Source of the DNA: a virus
Length of the DNA stretch: 64,000 bases
Strand: one strand, 5' to 3'
Virus record (IMG/VR): IMGVR_UViG_3300046786_000686
Span: 27,105 to 91,104 of that record
Below the pieces are notes generated by a model. That model was given only the letters and a program-made list of their open reading frames with translations, had not been told where the DNA came from and did not search any database. A program made the translations under genes and the position numbers. Below, in pieces: positions 46,108 through 56,180 of this stretch. Every line of letters starts with the position of its first letter. Position 1 is the first letter of the stretch.

Positions 46108-47286
46108 ATGAATGTACCGATATGGCCAGGGTCTAGTTCGTTTGCATCATTATCCGCTTCTTACTACAACATACCATCATCAGGAGTAAGACCAACAGCG
46201 TTTGGTTACTATGACGGAGATTCAGTATTCAAGGTAGAAGCAGATAAGGTAGCGAATTGGTGTGCACGTAGATTGGGCTACCCAATCATGGAAGTTGAAC
46301 TGCAAGATATCAACTTCTTTACAGCGTTTGAGGAGGCTGTAACCGAATTTAGCACGCAAGTGAATATGTACAATGCAAAAGACTACATGCTCACTTTACT
46401 AGGATCACCAACTAGCACAAACCTTAGTGGACATCCGATTGTTCCAAATATGGGACGCACTATTGAAATGGCCAAAAACTATGGTAATGAAGTGGGTACC
46501 GGAGGTAACGTAGACTGGAAAAAGGGTTATATACAGCTAAACCCAGGAACGCAGAGCTACGATTTAGATACACTATGGACTGATGTTAGTGAGAGTGGTA
46601 AGAGAATTGAGGTAAAGCGTGTATACCACGACTTTACACCAGCTATTGTAAGATACTTTGACCCGTATGTAGGAACTGGATCAGGAACGCAGCAGTTGTT
46701 AGATAGCTTTGGATGGGGTACATACTCACCAGCAGTGTCTTTCATGGTAATGCCTTTGTATGCGGATTTATTGCGTATGCAAGCTATTGAAATGAATGAC
46801 ACAATCCGTAAGTCTTCCTATACCTTTGAATTAAGAAACAACAAGTTAAACATATTCCCAACTCCACAAGCAGCTTTGAATATGTGGTTTGAATACATTG
46901 TTGTAGAGGAGCGTAATGCTGCATCAGTTCAACCAACTGGATCAGTAAGCGATATAAGTAATGTTCCATACAACAGAATAGAGTTTAATAGAATTAAGGA
47001 TATCGGCGTTCAGTGGATTTACAAGTACACCTTAGCAACAGCAAAGGAGATGCTAGGACTTGTGAGAGGCAAGTACACATCGATTCCAATCCCAGGAGCA
47101 GAAACAACATTGAATGGAACGGACCTTGTAGCACAAGGACGTGAAGATAAGACAACATTGGTGACAGACTTGAAAGAGTTGTTGCAAAGTATGACTAGAC
47201 AAGGTCAGATGGAGCAAGAAACTGCAATAGCAACTGCAATGCAGACACAACTATCTAAAGTACCAACCTACATCTATATTAAGTAA
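46108..47286 (+). CDS. Neck protein (T4 gp13-like)
   Basis: RRLGYPIMEVEL; WIYKYTLATAKEMLG..RGKY..IPIPG..TLNG. Confidence 0.88.
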   Translation: MNVPIWPGSSSFASLSASYYNIPSSGVRPTAFGYYDGDSVFKVEADKVANWCARRLGYPIMEVELQDINFFTAFEEAVTEFSTQVNMYNAKDYMLTLLGSPTSTNLSGHPIVPNMGRTIEMAKNYGNEVGTGGNVDWKKGYIQLNPGTQSYDLDTLWTDVSESGKRIEVKRVYHDFTPAIVRYFDPYVGTGSGTQQLLDSFGWGTYSPAVSFMVMPLYADLLRMQAIEMNDTIRKSSYTFELRNNKLNIFPTPQAALNMWFEYIVVEERNAASVQPTGSVSDISNVPYNRIEFNRIKDIGVQWIYKYTLATAKEMLGLVRGKYTSIPIPGAETTLNGTDLVAQGREDKTTLVTDLKELLQSMTRQGQMEQETAIATAMQTQLSKVPTYIYIK

Positions 47287-47789
47287 TGGCATTATTCGGG
47301 AGCAGCAGAGATATCAGCTTCATCAAAAAGATGAACAGCGAATTGCTAGACAACATCATTCAGCAAGAGGTAGACTATTACAAATATAACCTACCACAAA
47401 CAAAAGGTGGTGATGTGGAGAATCTGTACGGAGAAGCTTCTGCACAAAAGACATACTTCAATCCAGTAAGAGTGACTTGCCTCTTAGAAAGGGGTGATCA
47501 GGCTTATGTTCAAGATGATCAATTTGGTATCGATGTAACACAGCCAATGACCTTCAGATTCTTAAAACCGAGGTTGAGAGAATTAAACTTAGTACCTAAT
47601 GCGGGTGACATTATTGAAGTTCGTGGTGGGTATTACGAATTAGATCAAATCAATGAAAATCAATTTGTAGCAGGTAAGGATGGTGATTATGGTAAGAGTG
47701 TTGGGACAGAGTTTGGTGAAAGCTTGAGTATAGTTTGTATTGGACACTACACAAGAATTGCAAGATTACAAATCGTAAAGGCTAGATAA
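47286..47789 (+). CDS. Neck/head-closure protein (T4 gp14-like)
   Basis: Position after gp13-like; NLYGEA, FGID, PNAGDII..RGGYYE. Confidence 0.75.
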   Translation: MALFGSSRDISFIKKMNSELLDNIIQQEVDYYKYNLPQTKGGDVENLYGEASAQKTYFNPVRVTCLLERGDQAYVQDDQFGIDVTQPMTFRFLKPRLRELNLVPNAGDIIEVRGGYYELDQINENQFVAGKDGDYGKSVGTEFGESLSIVCIGHYTRIARLQIVKAR

Positions 47790-48982
47790 TGTATAACAAG
47801 AAGAAGCTACCAAAAAGTCAATATGAGCTCAGCCAAGGTAAGGAAAACCAGGAGTTTGAGCGTCATAACGACATTCGCAGAGATAATGATACTCTGAAGG
47901 AGCTTTCTATTGGCCTTAGAGACATTGACTTTGCAATCAAATACTACTTCGATAACGTAATCAAACCTGAAGTAGAGGAGTTTGGAACTAAGGTGAAAGT
48001 ACCAGTGATGTATGGTTCTCCTGAGAAGTGGAAGAATATACAAGCTGATGGATATTTCAGAGATAACAACGGAAAGATTCAATCGCCATTAATCGCATAC
48101 AAGCGCACCGGTATTGCTAAAAACAGAATGTTGGGTAGCAAGGTTGATGCAAACTTTCCACAACTCTACTACACACAAGAGGTAAAGTATACACAAGGAA
48201 ACAAATACGATCAATTCAGTAAGCTGACAAATTCGAAGCCGGTTAAAACGTATATCAATACAGTAATTCCAGACTATATCGATATCACTTATGATGTGAT
48301 AGTTTGGACTGATTACGTTGAGAGTATGAATACTATTGTAGAGGCTCTAATATACTCAGAGGGATCTTACTGGGGCGACATGGAGAGATTTAAGTTTAGA
48401 GCTAAGATCGATAATTTTACAAACACGGTTGAGTTACCACAAGATGGTGATCGAGTTGTGAGAACAACTTTTCAGCTAATGATATCAGGTCAAATCGTAC
48501 CAGATGTATTAGCTAAGGAGTTGAGCAAAAAACAATCACTAAAGGCGTTTGATTCAAGACAACTGGTAATGGAGATGACACCAGATGCAGATCCTAGTGT
48601 ATTCCAACAAAAGGAAGACTTAACTACCGGAGCAGCAACATTCACGACACCAACTGTACGGACAGTAATTAATCCAGCCTCACTAAACGATGCTACAATA
48701 CTAGCATATCTAAACGTGAGTGCAACAAGGATGGCTACAGCAGTCAACGTTCCTAATACAGCAGTGTTCAGTGGTACCTGGTTAGCAGCTCCATCAGTTC
48801 TACCAGCTACTAGTGTGTCGAGCTTTACGTTCTTCATAAACGGTCAGTTTGTAGAACCAACAGCAATTACCAGTTTTGTAGACAACAACAATGGAACTTG
48901 TACACTAACAATCAACTCCGCGGAATTAGGGTTTACTCTAGCTTCGACTGATGAGATTGCAGCAATAGGAAAATTCGCATAA
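47789..48982 (+). CDS. Tail terminator (T4 gp15-like) with C-terminal extension
   Basis: KVPVMYGSPEKW, PLIAYKRTG, PDYIDITYDVIVW..MNTIVE; extra C-terminal beta domain. Confidence 0.75.
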   Translation: MYNKKKLPKSQYELSQGKENQEFERHNDIRRDNDTLKELSIGLRDIDFAIKYYFDNVIKPEVEEFGTKVKVPVMYGSPEKWKNIQADGYFRDNNGKIQSPLIAYKRTGIAKNRMLGSKVDANFPQLYYTQEVKYTQGNKYDQFSKLTNSKPVKTYINTVIPDYIDITYDVIVWTDYVESMNTIVEALIYSEGSYWGDMERFKFRAKIDNFTNTVELPQDGDRVVRTTFQLMISGQIVPDVLAKELSKKQSLKAFDSRQLVMEMTPDADPSVFQQKEDLTTGAATFTTPTVRTVINPASLNDATILAYLNVSATRMATAVNVPNTAVFSGTWLAAPSVLPATSVSSFTFFINGQFVEPTAITSFVDNNNGTCTLTINSAELGFTLASTDEIAAIGKFA

Positions 48983-48983
48983 C

Positions 48984-49364
48984 ATGGCATTAATAAGAGG
49001 TAGTCAAATTACGGGAAGTGTTGCATCAGCAAGTTACGCTGCAACAGCATCCTTTGTGATTAATTCAGATGCTAGTAGAATTGTTAGTGGAAGTGTAACT
49101 GCAAGCGTTTCACCAAGTGGGGATATCTTTATCATCAAGTATGGTAACCAAACTCCATTAACGATAACAGACACAGGAGCGCTTATCGTATCAGGTAGTG
49201 CATCGGATTTATTTATCATAAAGAATACACAAAATCAATCAATACTAAAAGTCAGCCAAAGTGGTGTTGTTGTGATGGCCACACAATCAGCTAATCCAAC
49301 GGGAATAGCTCCAAATGGTGGTATCCTATTCACAGCAAATAACCTTTTTGTAGGACTTGATTAA
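48984..49364 (+). CDS. Short fibre-like virion protein
   Basis: S/G/A-rich beta repeats. Confidence 0.6.
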   Translation: MALIRGSQITGSVASASYAATASFVINSDASRIVSGSVTASVSPSGDIFIIKYGNQTPLTITDTGALIVSGSASDLFIIKNTQNQSILKVSQSGVVVMATQSANPTGIAPNGGILFTANNLFVGLD

Positions 49365-49377
49365 ACAAAAACGAACA

Positions 49378-49385
49378 TATTTATA
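49378..49385 (+). promoter_or_regulatory. Putative late promoter TATTTATA
   Basis: Intergenic, 26 nt before ATG 49412. Confidence 0.7.
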
Positions 49386-49411
49386 TACAACTAAAAGAAT
49401 TTAATTAGGAC

Positions 49412-50674
49412 ATGGCAACTTGGAAAAAAGTCATAGTATCGGGTAGTGGTGCAAACCTTGCCACTTTACAGGTAGACAACTTAACATCTGGGCAGGTAGT
49501 AATTGGTGGTGGTTCAGCGAGTAACTTATCAACAACTGCAATCAACGGTACGGGAAACATCGTAGCTACAACGGGAGCTTCTGGTCTATCACACTCAGGA
49601 TCGTTCAGTGGATCTTTCCAAGGTGATGGATCTAACTTGACGGGTGTAACAGCTACAGCGATATTCCCACCAACATCACAGACAACCTTAGCAACAACTG
49701 ATAAGGTTTACATAAACGACGGTTCGAACAAATACGCAACCGTATCTCAATTTAACTCTTCGTCTTGGACTGGAGTTTCTGGAGATATCACGATCACAAA
49801 TCTTGGTGTTGCAGCAATCGGTACTGGTAAGGTAACATCTACGATGATCTTGGATGGTACTATCACCAACACAGACATCAACGCATCAGCAGGTATCGTG
49901 TATACGAAGTTGAACTTAGCTTCATCAAACATCGTATCAGGATCGTCTCAAATCACATACTCAGGTTTAACTGGCATTCCATCAGGGATTGTTTCTGCAT
50001 CAGTACTTGCAGCAGGATCGGGTCAAGGTTCAACAACCTTAACAACAAACGGTGTCAGCTCTGGTGATGTAACAGCAACTGGATTGGGTACATCAGGTAC
50101 ACCAACATTTGCAGGTTTAACAATCTCAACAAACGCACTAGCAGTAAACAATACCAACGGTATTACAACCAATGCTGCTACATTCCCAATTGCAAACACC
50201 AACGCAACCACAATCAACTTAGGTGGAGCAGCTACAGCAATCAACATTGGTGCATCAACTGGTACAACAACAATCAACAACGACACACGAATCAAAGGTA
50301 CATTATACGTTGATGGTCCAGTAACAGCAATCAGCTCATCAAACTTGTATGTAGCTGACCAGTTTATCCTAATGGCATCGGGATCTGCAGGTAACACAGA
50401 TGGTGGTATTATCATCGACCGTGGTTCTTATGCAGCTGGTAATATTGCGTTTGGATACGATGCAACGACAACACGTTGGGGATTCCAAGACGGATTAGTC
50501 GATACAACAAATGCAATTGACCCAACAGCTAACAGTGGTGTGAGTGGATCATTCGTTCCATACCTCTTCACTGAAGCTTCTCATGGTGCAACTAAACCAA
50601 TAACGGGTGAGTTTGCAGTAGTTGGTTCAATGTATATGTCAACAGCGGGTGACTTCTGGATTTACACAGCATAA
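49412..50674 (+). CDS. Fibre protein
   Basis: T/G/S-rich; MATWKKVIVSGS start; VADQFILM..DGGIIIDRG C-terminal module. Confidence 0.7.
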   Translation: MATWKKVIVSGSGANLATLQVDNLTSGQVVIGGGSASNLSTTAINGTGNIVATTGASGLSHSGSFSGSFQGDGSNLTGVTATAIFPPTSQTTLATTDKVYINDGSNKYATVSQFNSSSWTGVSGDITITNLGVAAIGTGKVTSTMILDGTITNTDINASAGIVYTKLNLASSNIVSGSSQITYSGLTGIPSGIVSASVLAAGSGQGSTTLTTNGVSSGDVTATGLGTSGTPTFAGLTISTNALAVNNTNGITTNAATFPIANTNATTINLGGAATAINIGASTGTTTINNDTRIKGTLYVDGPVTAISSSNLYVADQFILMASGSAGNTDGGIIIDRGSYAAGNIAFGYDATTTRWGFQDGLVDTTNAIDPTANSGVSGSFVPYLFTEASHGATKPITGEFAVVGSMYMSTAGDFWIYTA

Positions 50675-50691
50675 AATTTAACATAGGTTAT

Positions 50692-50880
50692 ATGAGTATT
50701 ATCAACAAAATTATTCCACAAGCTCAAGCTCCTGAGGATCCAAACAAACTAAGTCTTCAAGAGCTTGAATTTTTACTTAAAACGCTGAAATCCACGCAAA
50801 TAGTTGGAGAACAGGTAGAAATGTTCTATATTCTAGTCATGAAGCTGCAGAATCAGTATACGCAGCAGGAAGCTAAGTAA
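50692..50880 (+). CDS. Small helical protein (possible fibre chaperone)
   Basis: Paralogue of the next ORF; lies between fibre genes. Confidence 0.65.
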   Translation: MSIINKIIPQAQAPEDPNKLSLQELEFLLKTLKSTQIVGEQVEMFYILVMKLQNQYTQQEAK

Positions 50881-50892
50881 AGACATTAGGTT

Positions 50893-51150
50893 ATGGATAT
50901 TTTCTCAATCGATCTCACACCACAAGAGATCACACTTCTACGACAATCACTAGACGTTATTACCATCACTGGAAAGGATGCTAAGTTTGTAGGCAACTTG
51001 CAATATAAGCTGGAAACAGAACTACAATCAATCCAGGAGATGATAACCGAGAGACAGGTAGCTGAACAGAAGCAAAAGTCAGCTGAGTTGGAAAAGGCAT
51101 TAGCTGTAGAAGCTCGTAAACAAAAGAAAGCTGAGCAATCAGCATCTTAA
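50893..51150 (+). CDS. Small helical protein (possible fibre chaperone)
   Basis: Paralogue of the previous ORF with a coiled-coil tail. Confidence 0.65.
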   Translation: MDIFSIDLTPQEITLLRQSLDVITITGKDAKFVGNLQYKLETELQSIQEMITERQVAEQKQKSAELEKALAVEARKQKKAEQSAS

Positions 51151-51163
51151 TCTATCTTAAAGA

Positions 51164-51171
51164 TATTTATA
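51164..51171 (+). promoter_or_regulatory. Putative late promoter TATTTATA
   Basis: Immediately upstream of the structured leader. Confidence 0.7.
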
Positions 51172-51179
51172 GAAAATGC

Positions 51180-51241
51180 ACTGTTGGCCCAATTGGGAAG
51201 TAGGCGTATACACGGCATAAGTGTATGTATCTAACCACAGT
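51180..51241 (+). ncRNA. Candidate cis-regulatory RNA (three-way junction) in the leader of the long fibre gene
   Basis: P1 ACTG-T-TGG/CCACAGT; P2 CCC-AATT-GGG; P3 TAGGCGTATACAC/GTGTATGTATCTA. Confidence 0.55.
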
Positions 51242-51255
51242 CAAAAAGCTATAAT

Positions 51256-54200
51256 ATGCCAAACTGGAAAAAAGTCATCGTATCAGGCTCTGACGCCATA
51301 TTAGGTACACTAGTAGTATCAGGAGCTGCAGCAGTAGGAACCTCAAGTTTAGGTCCGAACGAAAACACAATCACCTTAGGAGCACGTGATAATGCGAGTG
51401 AAGGAGGTCAAATAGGATTTAATGCTCCTGGAGGATCTTACACTTCCGCATCGTTTATTGATCTTTATCAAAACAGACTTAGAATACTTAAAGGTACAAA
51501 CGCTGGAAGTACTGGCGAAGTTGCTAATTGGAGTATGCATAGCTTACAAATGTCGCTACCTGCATATACCAGCGTATCATCATTCCCGGGTACAGCGGTA
51601 GCAACTTTAGCAGTAGATTCTGGTGGTAATGTTCTCACAGTAGCCAGCTCAGGTGGTGGAACTGTAACTTCAGTAGCCACAGCAGGAACTGTCAATGGTA
51701 TTACACTAACTGGTGGTACAATCACAACCTCTGGTACGATTACCTTAGGTGGATCAATTTCTGGTTTGACAACATCAAATCTTTCCAGTACGGCAGGTAT
51801 TACAAATAGTCAGTTAGCAAACTCAGCAATTACGATTGGTAGTACAGCAATTTCTTTAGGAAGTTCTGCAACAACAGTAGCAGGCTTAACATCAATAACA
51901 TCTACAGCATTTACTGGATCATTACAAGGAACAGCGTCGTTTGCTACATCAGCATCATTTGCAGCAACAGCATCATATTCAAACAATCTACAAATATCGG
52001 GATCGATCAATAATGTCAATTATATAGATTTCAATACCGGTAATATTATAGGAACCAATGCACCTGCTTGGAAAGAAGGTAGATTATTCTATGATTCTGG
52101 TTCTGGTGCATTAGCAATGTACAACTGGGAACAAGATGTAACATTAAACATAGGACAAGAACAATGGTTAAGAGCTAGAAACCAAACCGGTGTTACCATT
52201 ACAAATGGATCAGTAGTTAAACTTGTAGGTGCTATTGGTGATAGACCAACCATAGCATTAGCTCAATCTACCGACCAAACAAACACGTTTAGTATTGATA
52301 ATGAGGTTATCGGTATGGCTACCCATGATATTGAACATGGGACTGATGGATTTGTAACCACTTTTGGAATAGTCAATGGCCTAAATACATCAGCGTACTC
52401 AGCTGGCGACATACTGTGGGTGTCACAATCAGCGGGTAAATTTACAAGCACAGCACCATCAGCTCCATACGACAAGACGTTTGTTGGTATTGTAACTCGA
52501 GCTAATCCCTCTAATGGATCTGTTTTTGTAACCCCATTAACACCAATACACTTTCACGATATATCATCGGTATCTGCATCTACATATCAACAAGGTGATT
52601 TATGGATGTACAGATCAGGTAGTGCGGGGCAAGCAAATGCATGGATCAATACAAAACAATTATCAGGATCTTATGGATTGACTGGTTCACTTGCAGTGAA
52701 TGGACCAATCTACTTTGCTAGTGACGCAGCAGGATCCAACGGATTATCTATTGTTCGAAATGGATCAAACAACTGGACATGGGGAACATCGGGTATTGGT
52801 AACGTAATGACAATTGTCGGCAACTCAATAACATTGCCTCAACCAGTAACTACTAATAATGGATTAAACGTAACTCCGGGTGGTAACCAAACAACATTAG
52901 GCTTAGGAGTCACAGTTGGATCATACCCAGCAGCAAACTTAGCTAGATTTAGCTCAGGTTCAGTTACCGTGATGAATATATCAGGTTCGGGAGTGTATGG
53001 TACTGGTTCTTTTAACTGGGTAGGAGCGATCTCAGCATCTAGCTTCACTGGCTCATTACAAGGAACAGCATCATGGGCAAATAACGTAGTTGGTGGTATT
53101 GGAGTAACTTCAGTAGCTACTACTGGAACAGTGTCAGGTATTACTTTAACTGGTGGTACAATCACATCGACTGGTACCATTACCTTAGGTGGTTCTATAT
53201 CTGGGTTGACTACATCTAACTTATCAGGTACAGCGGGCATTACAAACGGCCAATTAGCAAATTCATCCATAAGCATTGCAGGTAGTGCGATTTCATTAGG
53301 TGGATCAATATCCCAAGCAACTATATTGGCAGGTTCCGGAGTGTTTTCGGGATCAGCACAAATTCCGAATAGTTCGATTACAAACGCTCAATTAGCAAAC
53401 AGCAGTATTACGGTAGGTAGTACGGCAATCAGTTTGGGAAGTAGTGCAACGACAATAGCGGGTTTAACCTCGGTAACTTCTACAGCATTTACTGGATCAA
53501 TAAGTGGTAGTACGGTCCAAACAAGTATAATAACAGCAGCAGGTAACGTAACGTTTGGTGGGGCTGTTAAGATGGGAGGTATATCAAACGCATATAAACC
53601 ACACTTCTTAGTATACGACACATCGACAGCTGTAGTGAGTTACACCTCAGCTTCTAACGTCACAGTAGCATCAGCTTCGTATGCAGCAAATGGTGGTGTA
53701 ACACAAATAGTAGCAGGAACCAACGTAACAATATCCCCAGCTGGTGGAACTGGAGTTGTAACTATTAATGCCACCGGTGGTGGTGGAGGTGGTGCAGGAA
53801 CTGTGAATAGTGGTAATGCTTCATACTTTGCCTATTATCCAACAACCGGAACAACGGTCGATGACAATCCTAATGTAAGTTGGAATAGTGGAGCTACACG
53901 AATGGAGATTTCTGGAGGTTCTATACAAACTGACAAAGACTCAAAATTCAACTCAATATCCGTTGGAACGGGAAACACTTCATCAAATGCTGTAGATTGC
54001 TTAGCTGTAGGCTACCGATCTATGCTTGTACCAGGTAACAACACAGTAACTCTTGGTAGTTATATACTAGATGGCTCTGGTACTGGAACTACAGCAACAC
54101 CAAATGATTCGGTAATTGTAGGTGCTTACGCTGTTCAAAAAGATCATACACAAGTTGATGGCACTGTTGCGATAGGAAGATCAGTGATGACAAGTGGTAG

Positions 54201-55056
54201 CCAGGTTTCAAGCACAGTTGCAATTGGAACAGCTGCATTTGAGAGTCCAGATGGCGGCACTGTATTTGCCAATTCAGTAGCTATTGGATACGAAGCTGGT
54301 AAAAAAGTATTCAACTCCAGTGACACTATTGCCATTGGAAATCAAACTTTATACGGCTCAGCGGGTGTAACACAAACCGTTCGCGATGTGTTTATTGGAG
54401 GTGCAGTTGGTGCACAGATATTAGATAGTGCTAGAAACATTAGTGTTGGTTTTCGTAGTTTTTACAACGCACAATATGCTTATGGTAACACTGTTGTCGG
54501 TACAGATGCCTTTGGCCACTCACAAACCCCCATTGACTCAACGATCATAGGGGTAGATGCAGCTAACGATGCAGATTACACAGCACCAACAACAGCAATA
54601 GGTGCAATGTCGGGTATCGATATAGCAGGAGTTCCAGCAGACGGTTGTTTATCTATAACAGCTTTAGGTACTTCGGGTGTAATGACTAACAACGGAAATC
54701 CAATAGCATCGGCAATATTCATGCCACCACAGAATAAAGTAGCAGGCAATACTACGGATTTTCTTATAGCGGATATTCCACCAGGTGTGGTAGGTTTGTT
54801 TATCGACTACTTCGTAGTTAATCACTCCACACAAACGGATGTGCGAAGTGGAACATTAACAATTGTATTTGACCCAGCAATGCAGTTTGGAAACATGAGT
54901 GAAATTACATCAGGAGATATCGGAAGTACTGCACCAATCACATTCTTATTAGATGTGAATAATATCAATCCAAACTTAGGGTATGTGCAAATCAAAAACA
55001 CATCGAGTGACTTCTGGGATTACCGATATCAAGTAAGAAACATATCACAACACTAA
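51256..55056 (+). CDS. Long mosaic fibre / receptor-binding protein
   Basis: 1266 aa; duplicated G/S/T modules; head-fibre/cement-like module (IGMATHDI..GFVTTFG); YadA-head-like xxAIG repeats near the C-terminus. Confidence 0.8.
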   Translation: MPNWKKVIVSGSDAILGTLVVSGAAAVGTSSLGPNENTITLGARDNASEGGQIGFNAPGGSYTSASFIDLYQNRLRILKGTNAGSTGEVANWSMHSLQMSLPAYTSVSSFPGTAVATLAVDSGGNVLTVASSGGGTVTSVATAGTVNGITLTGGTITTSGTITLGGSISGLTTSNLSSTAGITNSQLANSAITIGSTAISLGSSATTVAGLTSITSTAFTGSLQGTASFATSASFAATASYSNNLQISGSINNVNYIDFNTGNIIGTNAPAWKEGRLFYDSGSGALAMYNWEQDVTLNIGQEQWLRARNQTGVTITNGSVVKLVGAIGDRPTIALAQSTDQTNTFSIDNEVIGMATHDIEHGTDGFVTTFGIVNGLNTSAYSAGDILWVSQSAGKFTSTAPSAPYDKTFVGIVTRANPSNGSVFVTPLTPIHFHDISSVSASTYQQGDLWMYRSGSAGQANAWINTKQLSGSYGLTGSLAVNGPIYFASDAAGSNGLSIVRNGSNNWTWGTSGIGNVMTIVGNSITLPQPVTTNNGLNVTPGGNQTTLGLGVTVGSYPAANLARFSSGSVTVMNISGSGVYGTGSFNWVGAISASSFTGSLQGTASWANNVVGGIGVTSVATTGTVSGITLTGGTITSTGTITLGGSISGLTTSNLSGTAGITNGQLANSSISIAGSAISLGGSISQATILAGSGVFSGSAQIPNSSITNAQLANSSITVGSTAISLGSSATTIAGLTSVTSTAFTGSISGSTVQTSIITAAGNVTFGGAVKMGGISNAYKPHFLVYDTSTAVVSYTSASNVTVASASYAANGGVTQIVAGTNVTISPAGGTGVVTINATGGGGGGAGTVNSGNASYFAYYPTTGTTVDDNPNVSWNSGATRMEISGGSIQTDKDSKFNSISVGTGNTSSNAVDCLAVGYRSMLVPGNNTVTLGSYILDGSGTGTTATPNDSVIVGAYAVQKDHTQVDGTVAIGRSVMTSGSQVSSTVAIGTAAFESPDGGTVFANSVAIGYEAGKKVFNSSDTIAIGNQTLYGSAGVTQTVRDVFIGGAVGAQILDSARNISVGFRSFYNAQYAYGNTVVGTDAFGHSQTPIDSTIIGVDAANDADYTAPTTAIGAMSGIDIAGVPADGCLSITALGTSGVMTNNGNPIASAIFMPPQNKVAGNTTDFLIADIPPGVVGLFIDYFVVNHSTQTDVRSGTLTIVFDPAMQFGNMSEITSGDIGSTAPITFLLDVNNINPNLGYVQIKNTSSDFWDYRYQVRNISQH
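51664..53502 (+). repeat. Dispersed internal duplication in the fibre gene
   Basis: 51664-51825 recurs at 53104-53265 (offset 1440); 51799-51923 recurs at about 53378-53502. Confidence 0.85.
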
Positions 55057-55067
55057 TAACATAAGCA

Positions 55068-55829
55068 ATGCCATATTATACAAAGATAGTCCAAAACGGA
55101 CCAAATACCAATAACGAAAAGGTACAAGGGTACAATTCAAGAACCTTGTTATCGATGAGATCGGGCGAGCGAGCAACACCTCCATCTAACATCACGGATG
55201 TAGCGAACTCGAGTGATATAGTTTTTGATACCTTGAATGCCATGCCACCAGAGCAAAGTGGGGTGCACCCAACAACATACGGTCTTTATGGTAGTTCAAA
55301 TCCATACCAACCATTTCTTCCAGCCGGATTCTGGAAAAGTGGTCGCACTTTGAGAATCTCAGGATGTCTTTTATTGAACGGAATATCTCCAAACAATTAT
55401 GCCGATATCAATATGAAGGTTGGATTAAACTATCCAAACAGTGTTGGACAAGTGGAAACAGCTACAACAATGCCTGTGCAAATGAATGCACCAGATTATT
55501 ATTTACCATACTACTTTGAGTACTATATGATATGCATTGGAACCACGGATCCTAATCAGCAGTATGCAACCTTTGATACCTATGGAAATGCAAGATACAA
55601 TTTCAAGTTTAAGGATGAGATATTTAACGGGTTTGGTGTGGGTAGTGCAAACTACTGGCCAAATATAGAACCAATAAAATCCATTCCAGGATCACCTAAT
55701 TTTGATTACTTTCCAGGAGACATCCAAACACCAGAAGTAGAAACACAAGACACACAACCATATATTCAACTACAGAGTACAAACTTAGAAGTTAAACTTC
55801 GTCATATAATCGTAGAGCAGCTAATCTAA
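55068..55829 (+). CDS. Fibre-associated hypothetical protein
   Basis: 253 aa; follows the long fibre gene; beta-rich. Confidence 0.6.
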   Translation: MPYYTKIVQNGPNTNNEKVQGYNSRTLLSMRSGERATPPSNITDVANSSDIVFDTLNAMPPEQSGVHPTTYGLYGSSNPYQPFLPAGFWKSGRTLRISGCLLLNGISPNNYADINMKVGLNYPNSVGQVETATTMPVQMNAPDYYLPYYFEYYMICIGTTDPNQQYATFDTYGNARYNFKFKDEIFNGFGVGSANYWPNIEPIKSIPGSPNFDYFPGDIQTPEVETQDTQPYIQLQSTNLEVKLRHIIVEQLI

Positions 55830-55847
55830 TTTAGCAAAAAAACAAAC

Positions 55848-55855
55848 TATTTATT
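55848..55855 (+). promoter_or_regulatory. Putative late promoter TATTTATT
   Basis: Intergenic, 15 nt before ATG 55871. Confidence 0.7.
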
Positions 55856-55870
55856 ATCAAAAGAACAGTT

Positions 55871-56143
55871 ATGGAGAACCAAAAGTTTACAACAGAGGAA
55901 CTTGATCAAATTAAGGCACTGCAAGAAAAGTATAACGTATTAGGTATTCAACTAGTACAACTCAAACTTGCTAAAACAAATGCAGAGTCTTATTTGAAGA
56001 CTTTGAAAGAACAAGAAGAGTTACTAGAAACCCAAATTCTAGAAACCAACACAGAGGAAAAACAACTAGCACAGGAGCTGGACAGTAAGTATGGTGCAGG
56101 ATCTCTCGACTTAGAGACCGGACAATTTACACCAAACAACTGA
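55871..56143 (+). CDS. Small coiled-coil protein
   Basis: Heptads ending KYGAGSLDLETGQF; lies upstream of the sheath gene. Confidence 0.75.
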   Translation: MENQKFTTEELDQIKALQEKYNVLGIQLVQLKLAKTNAESYLKTLKEQEELLETQILETNTEEKQLAQELDSKYGAGSLDLETGQFTPNN

Positions 56144-56172
56144 TCATTTTAAGGTTTCGGTCCAAGTTGTGA

Positions 56173-56180
56173 TATTTATA
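56173..56180 (+). promoter_or_regulatory. Putative late promoter TATTTATA
   Basis: Intergenic, 28 nt before the sheath ATG. Confidence 0.7.

Noticed and set aside
51664-53502. Repeat pair as a diversity-generating retroelement TR/VR
   Set aside because: Both copies are in-frame coding, the differences are mostly synonymous and not adenine-specific, and no reverse transcriptase is in the window.
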